Shown here in pieces: positions 40,363 through 49,448 of a DNA stretch of 64,000 bases. The stretch covers positions 192,001 to 256,000 of the forward strand of contig JBEKSS010000001.1 of NCBI GenBank assembly GCA_049516875.1. The letters run 5' to 3'. The notes beneath the pieces are model-generated. The model had not been told where the DNA came from and ran no database searches. It saw only the letters and a program-made list of their open reading frames with translations. The DNA comes from Candidatus Bathyarchaeia archaeon. Lineage in GTDB: Archaea; Thermoproteota; Bathyarchaeia; Bathyarchaeales; Bathycorpusculaceae. The translations under genes and the position numbers were made by a program. Within the stretch, counting starts at the first letter, position 1. Every line of letters starts with the position of its first letter.

Positions 40363-40899
40363 ATGGTTTACAGGACTGTCAGACTTGCTGATGGTCGAAC
40401 AGCCGCGCTTGATTGGTTGAAAGAAGATGAACTGCCCGAGGTTATAGAGGCGCTTAACAGCGTAATCCGAGAGGGAAAATACCTTTTCATGAACAGCGAG
40501 ATAACGGACATGAAAGAAGAGCGCCGATGGTTTGAGCATGGAACAAAAGAAGAAATGCGCTACCTCGTTGCCAGGGTTGACGGCAGAGTGGTTGGAGGTG
40601 CGAGCATTCACCCTCATACCGAGAAGCGTGCACACGTTGCAGATTATGGGATATACATTCGCGAAGGTTACCGTAACGTAGGCCTCGGAACAGCTTTGAC
40701 AAAAGAACTAATAGGAATCGCCAAGAAACAGAGACTCAAGATTCTTCAGCTTTCAGTTTATGCGACGAACGAGAGAGCTTTTCATGTCTACGAGAAATGT
40801 GGCTTTAAGGAATGCGGAAGATTGACCCGAGACATAAAATTCCTTGATGGAACATACGCCGATAGAATACTGATGGAGTTGCCTTTGAGAGGAATTTGA
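40363..40899 (+). CDS. GNAT acetyltransferase
   Basis: YRNVGLGTAL, N.RA..VYEKCGF..GRL; the longer ORF overlaps the tRNA, so start moved to ATG 40363. Confidence 0.88.
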   Translation: MVYRTVRLADGRTAALDWLKEDELPEVIEALNSVIREGKYLFMNSEITDMKEERRWFEHGTKEEMRYLVARVDGRVVGGASIHPHTEKRAHVADYGIYIREGYRNVGLGTALTKELIGIAKKQRLKILQLSVYATNERAFHVYEKCGFKECGRLTRDIKFLDGTYADRILMELPLRGI

Positions 40900-40984
40900 A
40901 AGAGAAAGGAGAGGCGTGAGCAATTTTTTCCTAGGCTAAAGGTTAAAATTCGGGCTGAGTGCATTTTTTATTTGGTGTTTTACC

Positions 40985-41860
40985 ATGCTACCCAATGAAG
41001 GAATTGGGAAAATCACGAGCAACCCGTTTACGAGAGATGGCAAAGTCCTCTTGAGCAAGATTGCGACGACGGGAGACCTGAGAAAAGACATCCTTAAAGC
41101 CGTTAACGTGATTGGCGGATTCAGCAAGGTCATCGACAAGGGTGACCGAGTTTTGCTTAAACCCAACTATAACACCGCCGACCATCCACCTGCTTCAAGC
41201 GACCCAGAATTTCTTAAGGCAATAGTTGAGTTGTTGTTTGAACAGGGCGCTGGAAAAGTCATCCTGGGAGAGTCTTCTTGGCAAGGCCTATCCACTCGGA
41301 AGGCGCTGGAACAGGCTGGAACTCCTGCTGTGCTGAAAGATACGGGCGCAGAGATCGCGTTTTTCGACGAAGAAAAATATGTCAAAGTCAACGTGGGTGG
41401 GGAATACCTCAAACACGTCAGCTTGGCAGAAGAAGCCATGCATGTGGACAAGATAGTCTATTCCTGCTGTATGAAGACGCATTTCCGGGCTGACTTCTCT
41501 CTCAGCCTAAAACTGGGCTTTGGGTTCACGAAGAAGAGCGAGAGAATGGGATTTCACATCAGACATTTGAAAGAAAAACTCGTCGATCTAAACCTAGTCG
41601 TGCATCCAAACCTGATAATCATGGACGGAAGAAAATGCTTCATAACGGGAGGACCCTTCAGCGGCGAGGTACGAAACGCAAACGTCATTCTTGCTTCAGG
41701 AGACCGAGTGGCCATGGATGTTGAATCCATCAAGGTCATCGAAAGTTTTGAAGGTTCCAAGCTGAAAGACAACCCATGGAGCTACACGCAAATCCGCTGC
41801 GCAACCGCACTCGGGCTTGGAGTAAAAAGCGAAGACGAATACACGGTCGTCAACGAATAA
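40985..41860 (+). CDS. DUF362 domain protein
   Basis: VLLKPN, MKTH, SLK, IMDG...GGP, D.VAMD. Confidence 0.88.
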   Translation: MLPNEGIGKITSNPFTRDGKVLLSKIATTGDLRKDILKAVNVIGGFSKVIDKGDRVLLKPNYNTADHPPASSDPEFLKAIVELLFEQGAGKVILGESSWQGLSTRKALEQAGTPAVLKDTGAEIAFFDEEKYVKVNVGGEYLKHVSLAEEAMHVDKIVYSCCMKTHFRADFSLSLKLGFGFTKKSERMGFHIRHLKEKLVDLNLVVHPNLIIMDGRKCFITGGPFSGEVRNANVILASGDRVAMDVESIKVIESFEGSKLKDNPWSYTQIRCATALGLGVKSEDEYTVVNE

Positions 41861-41937
41861 GAAACAAATAGCGCGTTGCCGTCCCTTTCAAAAGTTTCAA
41901 ATAACCCAACTCACCTACCCAGTTGTGTGGTCCTAAC

Positions 41938-42183
41938 TTGGAAAGCGGTCAGCGCAAGTTTACTTTAGAAGAGTTGAAGCAGTATGACGGTAAGGAGGGC
42001 AGGCCTGCCTACATTGCCTACAAAGGCAAGGTCTATGATGTCACGGACAACTTTTTGTGGATAGATGGAGATCATCAGGGTGAACATGCGGCGGGCAAAG
42101 ATTTGACCGGAGCAATGGCAAACGCTCCTCACGGCGAAGAATACCTCGAAAGAGTCAAACTCATCGGCGTGCTCGTCCCCTAA
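41938..42183 (+). CDS. Cytochrome b5-like heme/steroid-binding protein
   Basis: FTLEELKQYDG..GRPAYIAYKGKVYDVT..W..G.H...H.AG.DLT...APH. Confidence 0.9.
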   Translation: MESGQRKFTLEELKQYDGKEGRPAYIAYKGKVYDVTDNFLWIDGDHQGEHAAGKDLTGAMANAPHGEEYLERVKLIGVLVP

Positions 42184-42465
42184 CTTCAAGAGACCGCGGC
42201 ATCGACCCGTCTCTAAACTCGCAGCCCAGAAACCCGTTGAAACTTCCTTCCGTAAATCCCATACAACATACACGCACACGGCGAGAGTGCATGAGAAGTA
42301 TTTGTTAAATTTAGTGAGCAGCGAGCACTAGGCCTTACAACGACTCTCTGGACGATTTGTTGCCTCGGCGTTTATATGATTCCCTGTCCATTTGGTTTCA
42401 ATGATGTTTTTCCTTGCAGACAGACTTTTTAGTTGGTTTCGCCATCTACGAGTATTCGTGGTTGC

Positions 42466-42813
42466 ATGGCTGATAAAATTGAGGTTTACATTAGGAATGA
42501 AGAGGTTGTAACCGGTGAGGCTGTCTATGGGAAAGTCGTTGCAGAACACGGATGCCCTGTCGTAAGAGGTGTCAAAACTGAAAAAGTCATGCCTGAAGCC
42601 GATAGAACGGCTCTCGACGTTGTAAACCGTTTCGCAGATGACAAGGGATTGCAAGTCGAAATCTGCAGCCTCGGCACGTTTACTGGAAGATTGAAGGCTA
42701 GGCAGAAGGGGGTTAAGACGACACCCACGATAGTGATTGGCAAGTTCAGAATTGAAGGAGAACTCACTCCAGAACTGTTAAGAAGCAAGTTAGAATTAGC
42801 CTTGAAAGAATAG
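42466..42813 (+). CDS. Thioredoxin/glutaredoxin-fold-like small protein
   Basis: GVKTTPTIVIG cis-Pro motif; no CxxC. Confidence 0.6.
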   Translation: MADKIEVYIRNEEVVTGEAVYGKVVAEHGCPVVRGVKTEKVMPEADRTALDVVNRFADDKGLQVEICSLGTFTGRLKARQKGVKTTPTIVIGKFRIEGELTPELLRSKLELALKE

Positions 42814-42878
42814 TCTGAGTTACGGCTCGTTTCGACAGCTACGGGAATGAGGGTAGTGGGGAAAGTAGCGGGTTGAGA

Positions 42879-42968
42879 GGAGAAAGTTTGGTTTTGGATA
42901 AAACTGTACCGCACTACTCAAGTCATTCACACACGGGTAAAGTTTAGGTTTGGGATAAAACTTTACCC
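42879..42968. repeat. Tandem pair of ~33-bp palindromic sites
   Basis: GGGTAAAGTTT-N12-AAACTTTACCC (42935-42968) and degenerate copy GGAGAAAGTTTGGTTTTGGATAAAACTGTACC (42879-42910). Confidence 0.7.
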
Positions 42969-43173
42969 CACCAACCAACCACTACCACAACCCACACCGC
43001 AACCTCTGCCTATCTGCACTCCTGCCACTGCACCTACCACTCCTCCTATACCTACCTATACCAGCACACACACGCACGCACACGGCGAGTGTGTGAGTGA
43101 AGCGCGCGTCTCCGAACGGCGAGGTCACCAGGTCTCTCCAAAATCCCCATTTTTATCTTTACTGAGGCGCACG

Positions 43174-43938
43174 CTACTCTTCAGAAATAGTCTCTATGAT
43201 AGCTTTCAAGAGGACCTCTGTGCTCTCTCTGACTGACTGGTCTCCAAAAGCTAGCTGCCACCCATTCTCAGTCAAGATATCAGAGATAACCTGCGCTGAA
43301 GCAGCCCTAACATTCCTGTATTTCGCAATTGCGAAAACAGCCGACGTCTCCATGTCCACCGCCAAGATTCCGGTTTCTTTGAACTTTCGAAGTTTTCCTC
43401 GGGTTTCTCTATAAGCTCCATCAGTCGACCAGACAGGGCCAATGAAGTGTCTGATTCTCTTCTCCTTCAGATGCTCAACTAGCTTGTCTCTAAGTGGAAT
43501 GTCGGACTCAACTTCCACTTCTGGTGAGAAATAATGGTGTGAGGTTCCCTCATCGCGAATCGCTCCAGTTACGACAACAATGTCGCCTGGTTGAAGGTAA
43601 GACTGTATTCCACCTGAGACGCCAACTTCAAAAACAGTCTTTGCACCACATGCGATGGCTTCCTCCAACGTGAAACCGGCTGCAGGAGCTCCTATCCAGA
43701 AGCGGCCAACTCCGACTTCTAAGCCGTCTACCTGTCCAACGCAGAAAGGCTGGCTTTCACCATAAAGCCATTCAACGCATTTTCCTTTGATCAGGTTTCT
43801 TGCACATTCAAACGTGCTTCTCTGGTAAGTCAATACAAGGCGCTGAGGGATTCCTAGCGATTCTATCGAGACCTTTTTGCTTTTGGCAGCATAGCTGACG
43901 ACATCAGATGGCTTGGAAACGGACTCGTCGTCGCTCAA
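43174..43938 (-). CDS. Nucleoside phosphorylase (PNP/UDP family)
   Basis: IGAP, IRDEGTSHHY, WSTDG.YRET, VDMETSA, ISD. Confidence 0.9.
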   Translation of the reverse strand: MSDDESVSKPSDVVSYAAKSKKVSIESLGIPQRLVLTYQRSTFECARNLIKGKCVEWLYGESQPFCVGQVDGLEVGVGRFWIGAPAAGFTLEEAIACGAKTVFEVGVSGGIQSYLQPGDIVVVTGAIRDEGTSHHYFSPEVEVESDIPLRDKLVEHLKEKRIRHFIGPVWSTDGAYRETRGKLRKFKETGILAVDMETSAVFAIAKYRNVRAASAQVISDILTENGWQLAFGDQSVRESTEVLLKAIIETISEE

Positions 43939-44152
43939 TTCTCTCTCTACCCTTGCACTAATCTATCTGGTATGGTTCAGCTATATCCTTTCCGTACCAC
44001 TCCGCTGCGAACACCTGCTGTTTTGTCCAAGCAAAACATGAACAATCCCCTTTTCTTCTTAGCAACATGGCTTCAAACTGAAAACCACATATTTTTGCGA
44101 GAATTTCCCTAGGAAGAGCCTGTTGGACGCATAACATACGTGCCATGTTCTA

Positions 44153-44199
44153 GGTGCGGGGGGTGGGATTCGAACCCCCGCCACAGTGGCGACGTCTCC
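44153..44199 (-). repeat. Orphan tRNA-Leu-type 3' fragment plus conserved arm (att-like)
   Basis: Minus strand GGGTTCGAATCCCACCCCCCGCACC; plus-strand flank AGTGGCGACGTCTCC matches the arm at 35989 and 47125. Confidence 0.75.
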
Positions 44200-44389
44200 C
44201 GCAAAATCCCTTTTTTCTTTTTTGCAGAAATAAATTGAGCCAACCAACTACGCCACGAACATTCGATGAAGCCTCCGAAAATGCGGGTGCTCTTTTTTTT
44301 GAGAACGATAGATTGAAATCGCACCTCTAATCATTTAGAATTGTTGGACGTGGTGTAAGCTGAATTCTAAGCTTCCGGCCGAGCCAATT

Positions 44390-47065
44390 TTGGTGGGCAG
44401 GGACCAAGAAATCAAACAGTTTACACAATACTTTGACTCTGCCATGAGGGGAAAGGGAGCCACCATATTCGCTTGTGGTGAGGCGGGAGTCGGAAAGACA
44501 AGACTGGTCAATGAGTTTTTGAACCAAGCAAAGAAAAAAGGAGCAAAAATTCTTCAGGGCTATTGCTTGAGCGAGGTGGACATACCCTACTTTCCTTTTA
44601 CAGAGGCATTTAACACCTATATGTCAGCGATGAGTGATGAAAAGGCGAAATCCTCCGTGACAAAGCAGCTGGGAATTACAGGATGGCTGAGAGGGTCTGG
44701 AATCACACGTGAAGCGAAAGCAAGTGAACTCTTTTCAACTCCAGAAATAGAACGAGACAGAACGTTTGAGGCAGTGGCAAGAGTTCTCCTTCAGCTGTCC
44801 ACTCAAGAACCATTAATCCTGTTTCTGGATGACTTGCAGTGGGCAGACCACCTAAGCTTGGCTATACTTCACTACTTGGCAAGGAAGTGTAGAAACTCTC
44901 GGCTTCTCATAATCGGCACGTATAGACCAGAAGACCTTGTTCACACTAAAGAAGAGAAACTCCATCCACTAGAAGAAATCATGTTTTCGATGAGTCGAGA
45001 AGACCTATTGGTTAAAATGGAGTTGAAACGCTTAAGGCGAAACGATTTCCCAGACTTTTTACGGTCAATCTTTCACTCTTCATTGGATGAAGCATTCGTA
45101 GAAAAACTGTATGAGGAAACTGAAGGCAACCCTTTTTTTGCGGTTGAGACGCTAAACCTCCTTGTAGAAGAAGGTTTCCTTTCAGAAAAAGAGGGTCGCT
45201 GGATGCTAATGGCTCCAACGGAGAAAATCGGAATACCTTCAAAGGTTCACGATGTCATCATTCGGAGAATCGCGAGACTCGAACGAGAAGAAAGAAAACT
45301 ATTGGACCTCGCCGCAGTCTGCGGTCATTCCTTCACTCCAGACACCCTAAGCAGAACCTTAGCTCTAGACATAGCCGATGTTCTGCAAGAACTGGTGGAG
45401 ATTGAACAGAGACACCGACTAATACGCTCCACTGACACAACATTTGAATTCACACACCAAAAAATAAGAGAAGTCATATACTCAAACTTGCCAGGCGAGT
45501 TAAGGAGAGTATACCATCTCAAAACGGCAAATTGCCTCGAACAAGCCCTCACCGAAAGAACTTCAGACGGTTACATAGCTGACATAGCCCTTCACTACGT
45601 CGAAGGAGCAGCTCCAGAGAAAGCGTTCGAATATCTTCTCAAACTTGGCGAAAAAGCTGTAAACATCTTTGCAAACATGCAAGCAATAGATTATCTAGAC
45701 AAGGCATTAGAAGCCACACAGAAAAATGCAAACCTTGCCCAGGGTGAAAATCTTGTTGAAATCTACAAGCTCAGAGGCAGAGCTTGGCTGAGTCAAGGAG
45801 AAATGGCAAAAGCTAGCAACGATTTCAATTTGTTGCTACAAAATGCTACTTCCATCGGTGATGAATCAATGATTGCAGAAGCGCACTATTGGCTAGGTTA
45901 TGCTCTAACGGGGCTAGGAAAAATAGATGAGGCTAAGCTACATCTTACAAGAGCGCTGGAAATCGCGCGAAAGATAGGCAATAAACACGTTGAAGCTGGA
46001 AGTCTACTTCAACTTGTCGAATCGCTCTTTGTATACGCAGACACCATGGAAGAAGCTCTTATGCAAATTGAAGAGTCGCTTAGAATATGTAGAGAGATAA
46101 CGGACAGAGTCCTCGAAGCCAAATGCCTCGGTTACCTCGGATTCTACTATGACTGGAAAGGCGAGTTCAAGCAAGCCAAAAAAAACATCAATGAGGCGTT
46201 GGCGTTAGCTGAGGAAATGGACGATAACCCCGGAAAAATGTGGGCATTATTGCTTTCGGGCATGGTTCATGCTGGTGAAGGGGAATACGATGATGCCATT
46301 TCAATCTTACAAAGATGTCTCCAACTCTCCCGAGATTGGGGCATTGTTTTTTTCGTTCCGCGAGCCCTCAATGTCCTCGGTTGGATTTATCATGACTTAG
46401 GAGACATCGAATTTGCAATTAAATACAACAACGAAGGACTAAAAATTACCAGAATACACCAAGAGAGTATGGGCATATCCGGAGTGCAGCTAGCTTGTTT
46501 AGTAAATCTAGGAATGGACTATCTACACAAGAACGATTATGGAAATGCAAAGAAGTACTTCCAAGAAGCAAACAGCGTGATTCATTTACATCCAATGGCT
46601 AAGTGGCGTTTCGAAACTCGTATACTTCTAGGTCTCGTTGAAATATCACTCGCTGAGGGCGATTATTCACAAGCACTAAAATTCGGTGAAGACTCTTTAG
46701 CCATATCTGAAAAGGCAGGCGCCAAAAAATACATATCCAAAAGTTTGAAGTTAAAAGCTGAAATACTCGCAAAAATGGGCAAAACCGAGGAAGCAATCGA
46801 GCTAATGCAGAACGCCTTGAAATTTGCACAAGAGGTTGGCAACCCACCGCTCCTTTGGCAAACACATTATTCTCTCGGGCTTTTGCTCGAAAAACAAGGT
46901 AACCTACAAAAAGCCAATGAACACTATGCCCAGGCCATAGCCCGCATGGAAGAGACAGCATCAAAACTCAAAGATGAATCCCTTAAGAACAGTCTGTTAA
47001 CGGCTCAACAGACAAAGGCAATATACGACGCTTACGCCAAAACAAAACCGACTTCTAACACCTAA
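44390..47065 (+). CDS. STAND-like AAA ATPase with C-terminal TPR array
   Basis: VGRDQE, GEAGVGKTRL, LDDLQWAD, TYR, TEGNPFF, FTHQKIRE, long TPR region; no obvious effector domain. Confidence 0.88.
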   Translation: MVGRDQEIKQFTQYFDSAMRGKGATIFACGEAGVGKTRLVNEFLNQAKKKGAKILQGYCLSEVDIPYFPFTEAFNTYMSAMSDEKAKSSVTKQLGITGWLRGSGITREAKASELFSTPEIERDRTFEAVARVLLQLSTQEPLILFLDDLQWADHLSLAILHYLARKCRNSRLLIIGTYRPEDLVHTKEEKLHPLEEIMFSMSREDLLVKMELKRLRRNDFPDFLRSIFHSSLDEAFVEKLYEETEGNPFFAVETLNLLVEEGFLSEKEGRWMLMAPTEKIGIPSKVHDVIIRRIARLEREERKLLDLAAVCGHSFTPDTLSRTLALDIADVLQELVEIEQRHRLIRSTDTTFEFTHQKIREVIYSNLPGELRRVYHLKTANCLEQALTERTSDGYIADIALHYVEGAAPEKAFEYLLKLGEKAVNIFANMQAIDYLDKALEATQKNANLAQGENLVEIYKLRGRAWLSQGEMAKASNDFNLLLQNATSIGDESMIAEAHYWLGYALTGLGKIDEAKLHLTRALEIARKIGNKHVEAGSLLQLVESLFVYADTMEEALMQIEESLRICREITDRVLEAKCLGYLGFYYDWKGEFKQAKKNINEALALAEEMDDNPGKMWALLLSGMVHAGEGEYDDAISILQRCLQLSRDWGIVFFVPRALNVLGWIYHDLGDIEFAIKYNNEGLKITRIHQESMGISGVQLACLVNLGMDYLHKNDYGNAKKYFQEANSVIHLHPMAKWRFETRILLGLVEISLAEGDYSQALKFGEDSLAISEKAGAKKYISKSLKLKAEILAKMGKTEEAIELMQNALKFAQEVGNPPLLWQTHYSLGLLLEKQGNLQKANEHYAQAIARMEETASKLKDESLKNSLLTAQQTKAIYDAYAKTKPTSNT

Positions 47066-47091
47066 GGAAAAGCGACCCCAAATTTGCAGGG

Positions 47092-47139
47092 TGGTGCGGG
47101 GGATGGGGTTTGAACCCGTCTCCGAGTGGCGATGCCTCC
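47092..47139 (-). repeat. Orphan tRNA-Leu 3' fragment plus arm (att-like)
   Basis: 47093-47134 is identical to 35957-35998 (42 bp); ends in ACCA on the minus strand. Confidence 0.88.
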
Positions 47140-47332
47140 CGAAATCCGCCATCACATGACCGTTTTCTTCTGAGAAAAGAAAGGTCAAACTGGCTTAAAA
47201 GGACCGATAGAGGATAATTCTACAATTTTCTCCCATTTACTCGGAAGCAGTTCCCTTTGCTTTTTCTGTGTATTTTACAACACCCAGTTCTTCGTATATT
47301 TCCAACAAGTTTGAGGCTCCCCAATTAAGCTG

Positions 47333-48001
47333 TTATTTTAACTCAAAAGTATGGACAGTCTTGAGTTTTGGATGTTTCTTGAATAAATGAGCGTTCACTA
47401 GCTCTATGGAATCAACAGTCATTTTTCCAAACTCTGTATCCCTCAGCTTTTCTAGGTAGCTGATTAGTCTGGTGAAATCTTCTTTCTTCTGAAAATGCAT
47501 TATGCTGATGTGAGGCAAAAAACTTGGATAATCAAATTTCCTCTTTCTTATCTCGGGTATTGCCTGCAGTCTTCTATGTATCTCTTCAATCTTGTCCCCA
47601 TCATGAACCTCCACAAAGACAACATCTGGGAAAATGTTGAGTTTAGAAAGGAATACATCAAATTTGCTGAATTGTTGTAAAACTTCTTTCGCTTGATTGA
47701 TTATTCTCTGCAAGTTCTCAACCAAAATATCGTCTTCATATTCTTCTGATTTTGCCAAGAATCCAAGCCCCATTACAGATATGTGAAAATAGTCTTTCGG
47801 GAAGGGAGCAACACAAGAAATAGTGGATAGCCACCTCTGAATCTCAACTATCTTCTCAATCAGTCCCGCATCTCTAATCCTTACATGAAAAGTCAGATAT
47901 TGATTTCTTCCTTTAGCCCATTCATTGTCAACCCAATATTTCGTTAGATTCAATTGGACGTTCTTTCTTCTTTCCCAAACATCTGTAAATCTGTCGCTCA
48001 T
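47333..48001 (-). CDS. 2H phosphoesterase (2'-5' RNA ligase-like family)
   Basis: Two HxS motifs: YFHISV and LPHISI. Confidence 0.85.
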   Translation of the reverse strand: MSDRFTDVWERRKNVQLNLTKYWVDNEWAKGRNQYLTFHVRIRDAGLIEKIVEIQRWLSTISCVAPFPKDYFHISVMGLGFLAKSEEYEDDILVENLQRIINQAKEVLQQFSKFDVFLSKLNIFPDVVFVEVHDGDKIEEIHRRLQAIPEIRKRKFDYPSFLPHISIMHFQKKEDFTRLISYLEKLRDTEFGKMTVDSIELVNAHLFKKHPKLKTVHTFELK

Positions 48002-48258
48002 ACATTCAATTGACAGTCTTTCTTACCTAAAGTCTTTTTGAACTATGCGGTTCAGCTATAACTTTTCCGCAAAATCGAAAGTTCTTTTAGGACTCGGTGA
48101 CACTCTTCTCGTAAGACAAAGATGGAAACCTGAAAATTAACCAGTTGGTTAAAAAATGGCACATGCAGTTAACGCGCGCGCCTGCTCATGGCGGGGTGCC
48201 ACTGGCCATGGCGATGGCACTGGAGGTGTGTAGGTCTTACGGAGCTCCGCTTTATGGC

Positions 48259-48987
48259 CTATTGCGAGGGTCGTTTTGAGCCAGGCTTCGGCAGGAAGCA
48301 TGTCTCCGTAGCCAATGACCCATATATCTTCTTGATAAGTCGCAACCCCGATTTGCGATCCAGGCCCGGCTTCCAGCACCTTGCCAACAGGTCCCGTGCT
48401 TTCATGTCTCCGTAGCCAATCGCCCAAGCGTCACACTCGGCCTGAGATCCCAGTACGTCTATGTCAGCAATCTTCTGGACCCCGTCGTCAAACCCTCCGA
48501 GGAGAACGAAGAGAGCAAGCGGTCGGTTGACCGTGCTCACCGCGTGCTCGTGGAGGATGCCCCGAATCCTGTGTGCTGCATCCCTGAATGTCTGGATGTC
48601 CTCGCTCGTAAGCACATCATGAACATGGAACATGTCTCCCTTATTGCCAGTGGCCACGAACGCCAGCGATTGGGCTACGTGCCAGACCGAAGGAATCTCG
48701 CTCCTCAATCCTGGCTTGACAGAAGCTTTCCCTTTGGCTATGAGCAGCCCATCCGTCGTCTTCATCGCGATAGCGAGGTTGCCGCCTGATGGACACTTCC
48801 GTGCCCACTCCACCTGGAGCAGTCTCCCCTCTGGCGTGAACATGCCGGGCTTGGCAAACTCCGAGCTCTCGGGAAGCGGCTGGTATTTGCTCGGCGTTCC
48901 AATGCATGGTTTTGCCCTAGCCATCGAACTCACCTGTTGAATGAATGCGCGATGCGTTATTTCAAGCTTTTTCTGCCATCCTTCCAC
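48259..48987 (-). CDS. Divergent proteasome alpha-like protein
   Basis: MFTPEGRLLQVEWA, IAMKTTDG, ATG..GD, RPL..VLLGGFD, AIGYG. Confidence 0.75.
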   Translation of the reverse strand: MEGWQKKLEITHRAFIQQVSSMARAKPCIGTPSKYQPLPESSEFAKPGMFTPEGRLLQVEWARKCPSGGNLAIAMKTTDGLLIAKGKASVKPGLRSEIPSVWHVAQSLAFVATGNKGDMFHVHDVLTSEDIQTFRDAAHRIRGILHEHAVSTVNRPLALFVLLGGFDDGVQKIADIDVLGSQAECDAWAIGYGDMKARDLLARCWKPGLDRKSGLRLIKKIYGSLATETCFLPKPGSKRPSQ

Positions 48988-49091
48988 ACCAAACTGTCTT
49001 TCTCCCGCGCGCGCAAAATCGAGAAAAACCCAGACGGCTTCATAACCGTGAGAAAGGAGGCTTAAACACGGCCTCTTTTTCTTTTTTTAAG

Positions 49092-49286
49092 ATGAGTTTC
49101 AAGAAGCCGCAGGTTATGCTTATGCTTTCCATTGCCGTGTTGATGTTCGCTCTTGACTGGCTTTTTCTTTGGATAGACGATTTGCAGAGACTCAAGAAAG
49201 GAAGGTTAGTCATCAGCGCGCACAAAGGAATGGCGCTTACAATAGAGAAAAATGCGGATAACTCTGCAACCATTCACAAAGCCTAA
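49092..49286 (+). CDS. Small membrane protein or fragment
   Basis: One hydrophobic helix; GCGCGC inside suggests a junction. Confidence 0.35.
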   Translation: MSFKKPQVMLMLSIAVLMFALDWLFLWIDDLQRLKKGRLVISAHKGMALTIEKNADNSATIHKA

Positions 49287-49448
49287 GACCCTTCTTTTTT
49301 TGCAACCTCTACATTTTTCAGTCAATCTAACCCTAGCCCCTATACTCCTTTCCTTGCGCGCTAGACATTGAATCCAAAAGCACAGAGCAACCAGAATAAT
49401 TGTTTAAATATGGATTATGTGCAATGAAGATAAAGAGGGACGCGGTTA

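Noticed and set aside
35951-47139. tRNA-Leu 3' fragments as halves of split (trans-spliced) tRNAs
   Set aside because: They contain only the T-arm and acceptor strand, no complementary leader or 5' half was found, and one pairs with an integrase-bearing island; att remnants fit better.
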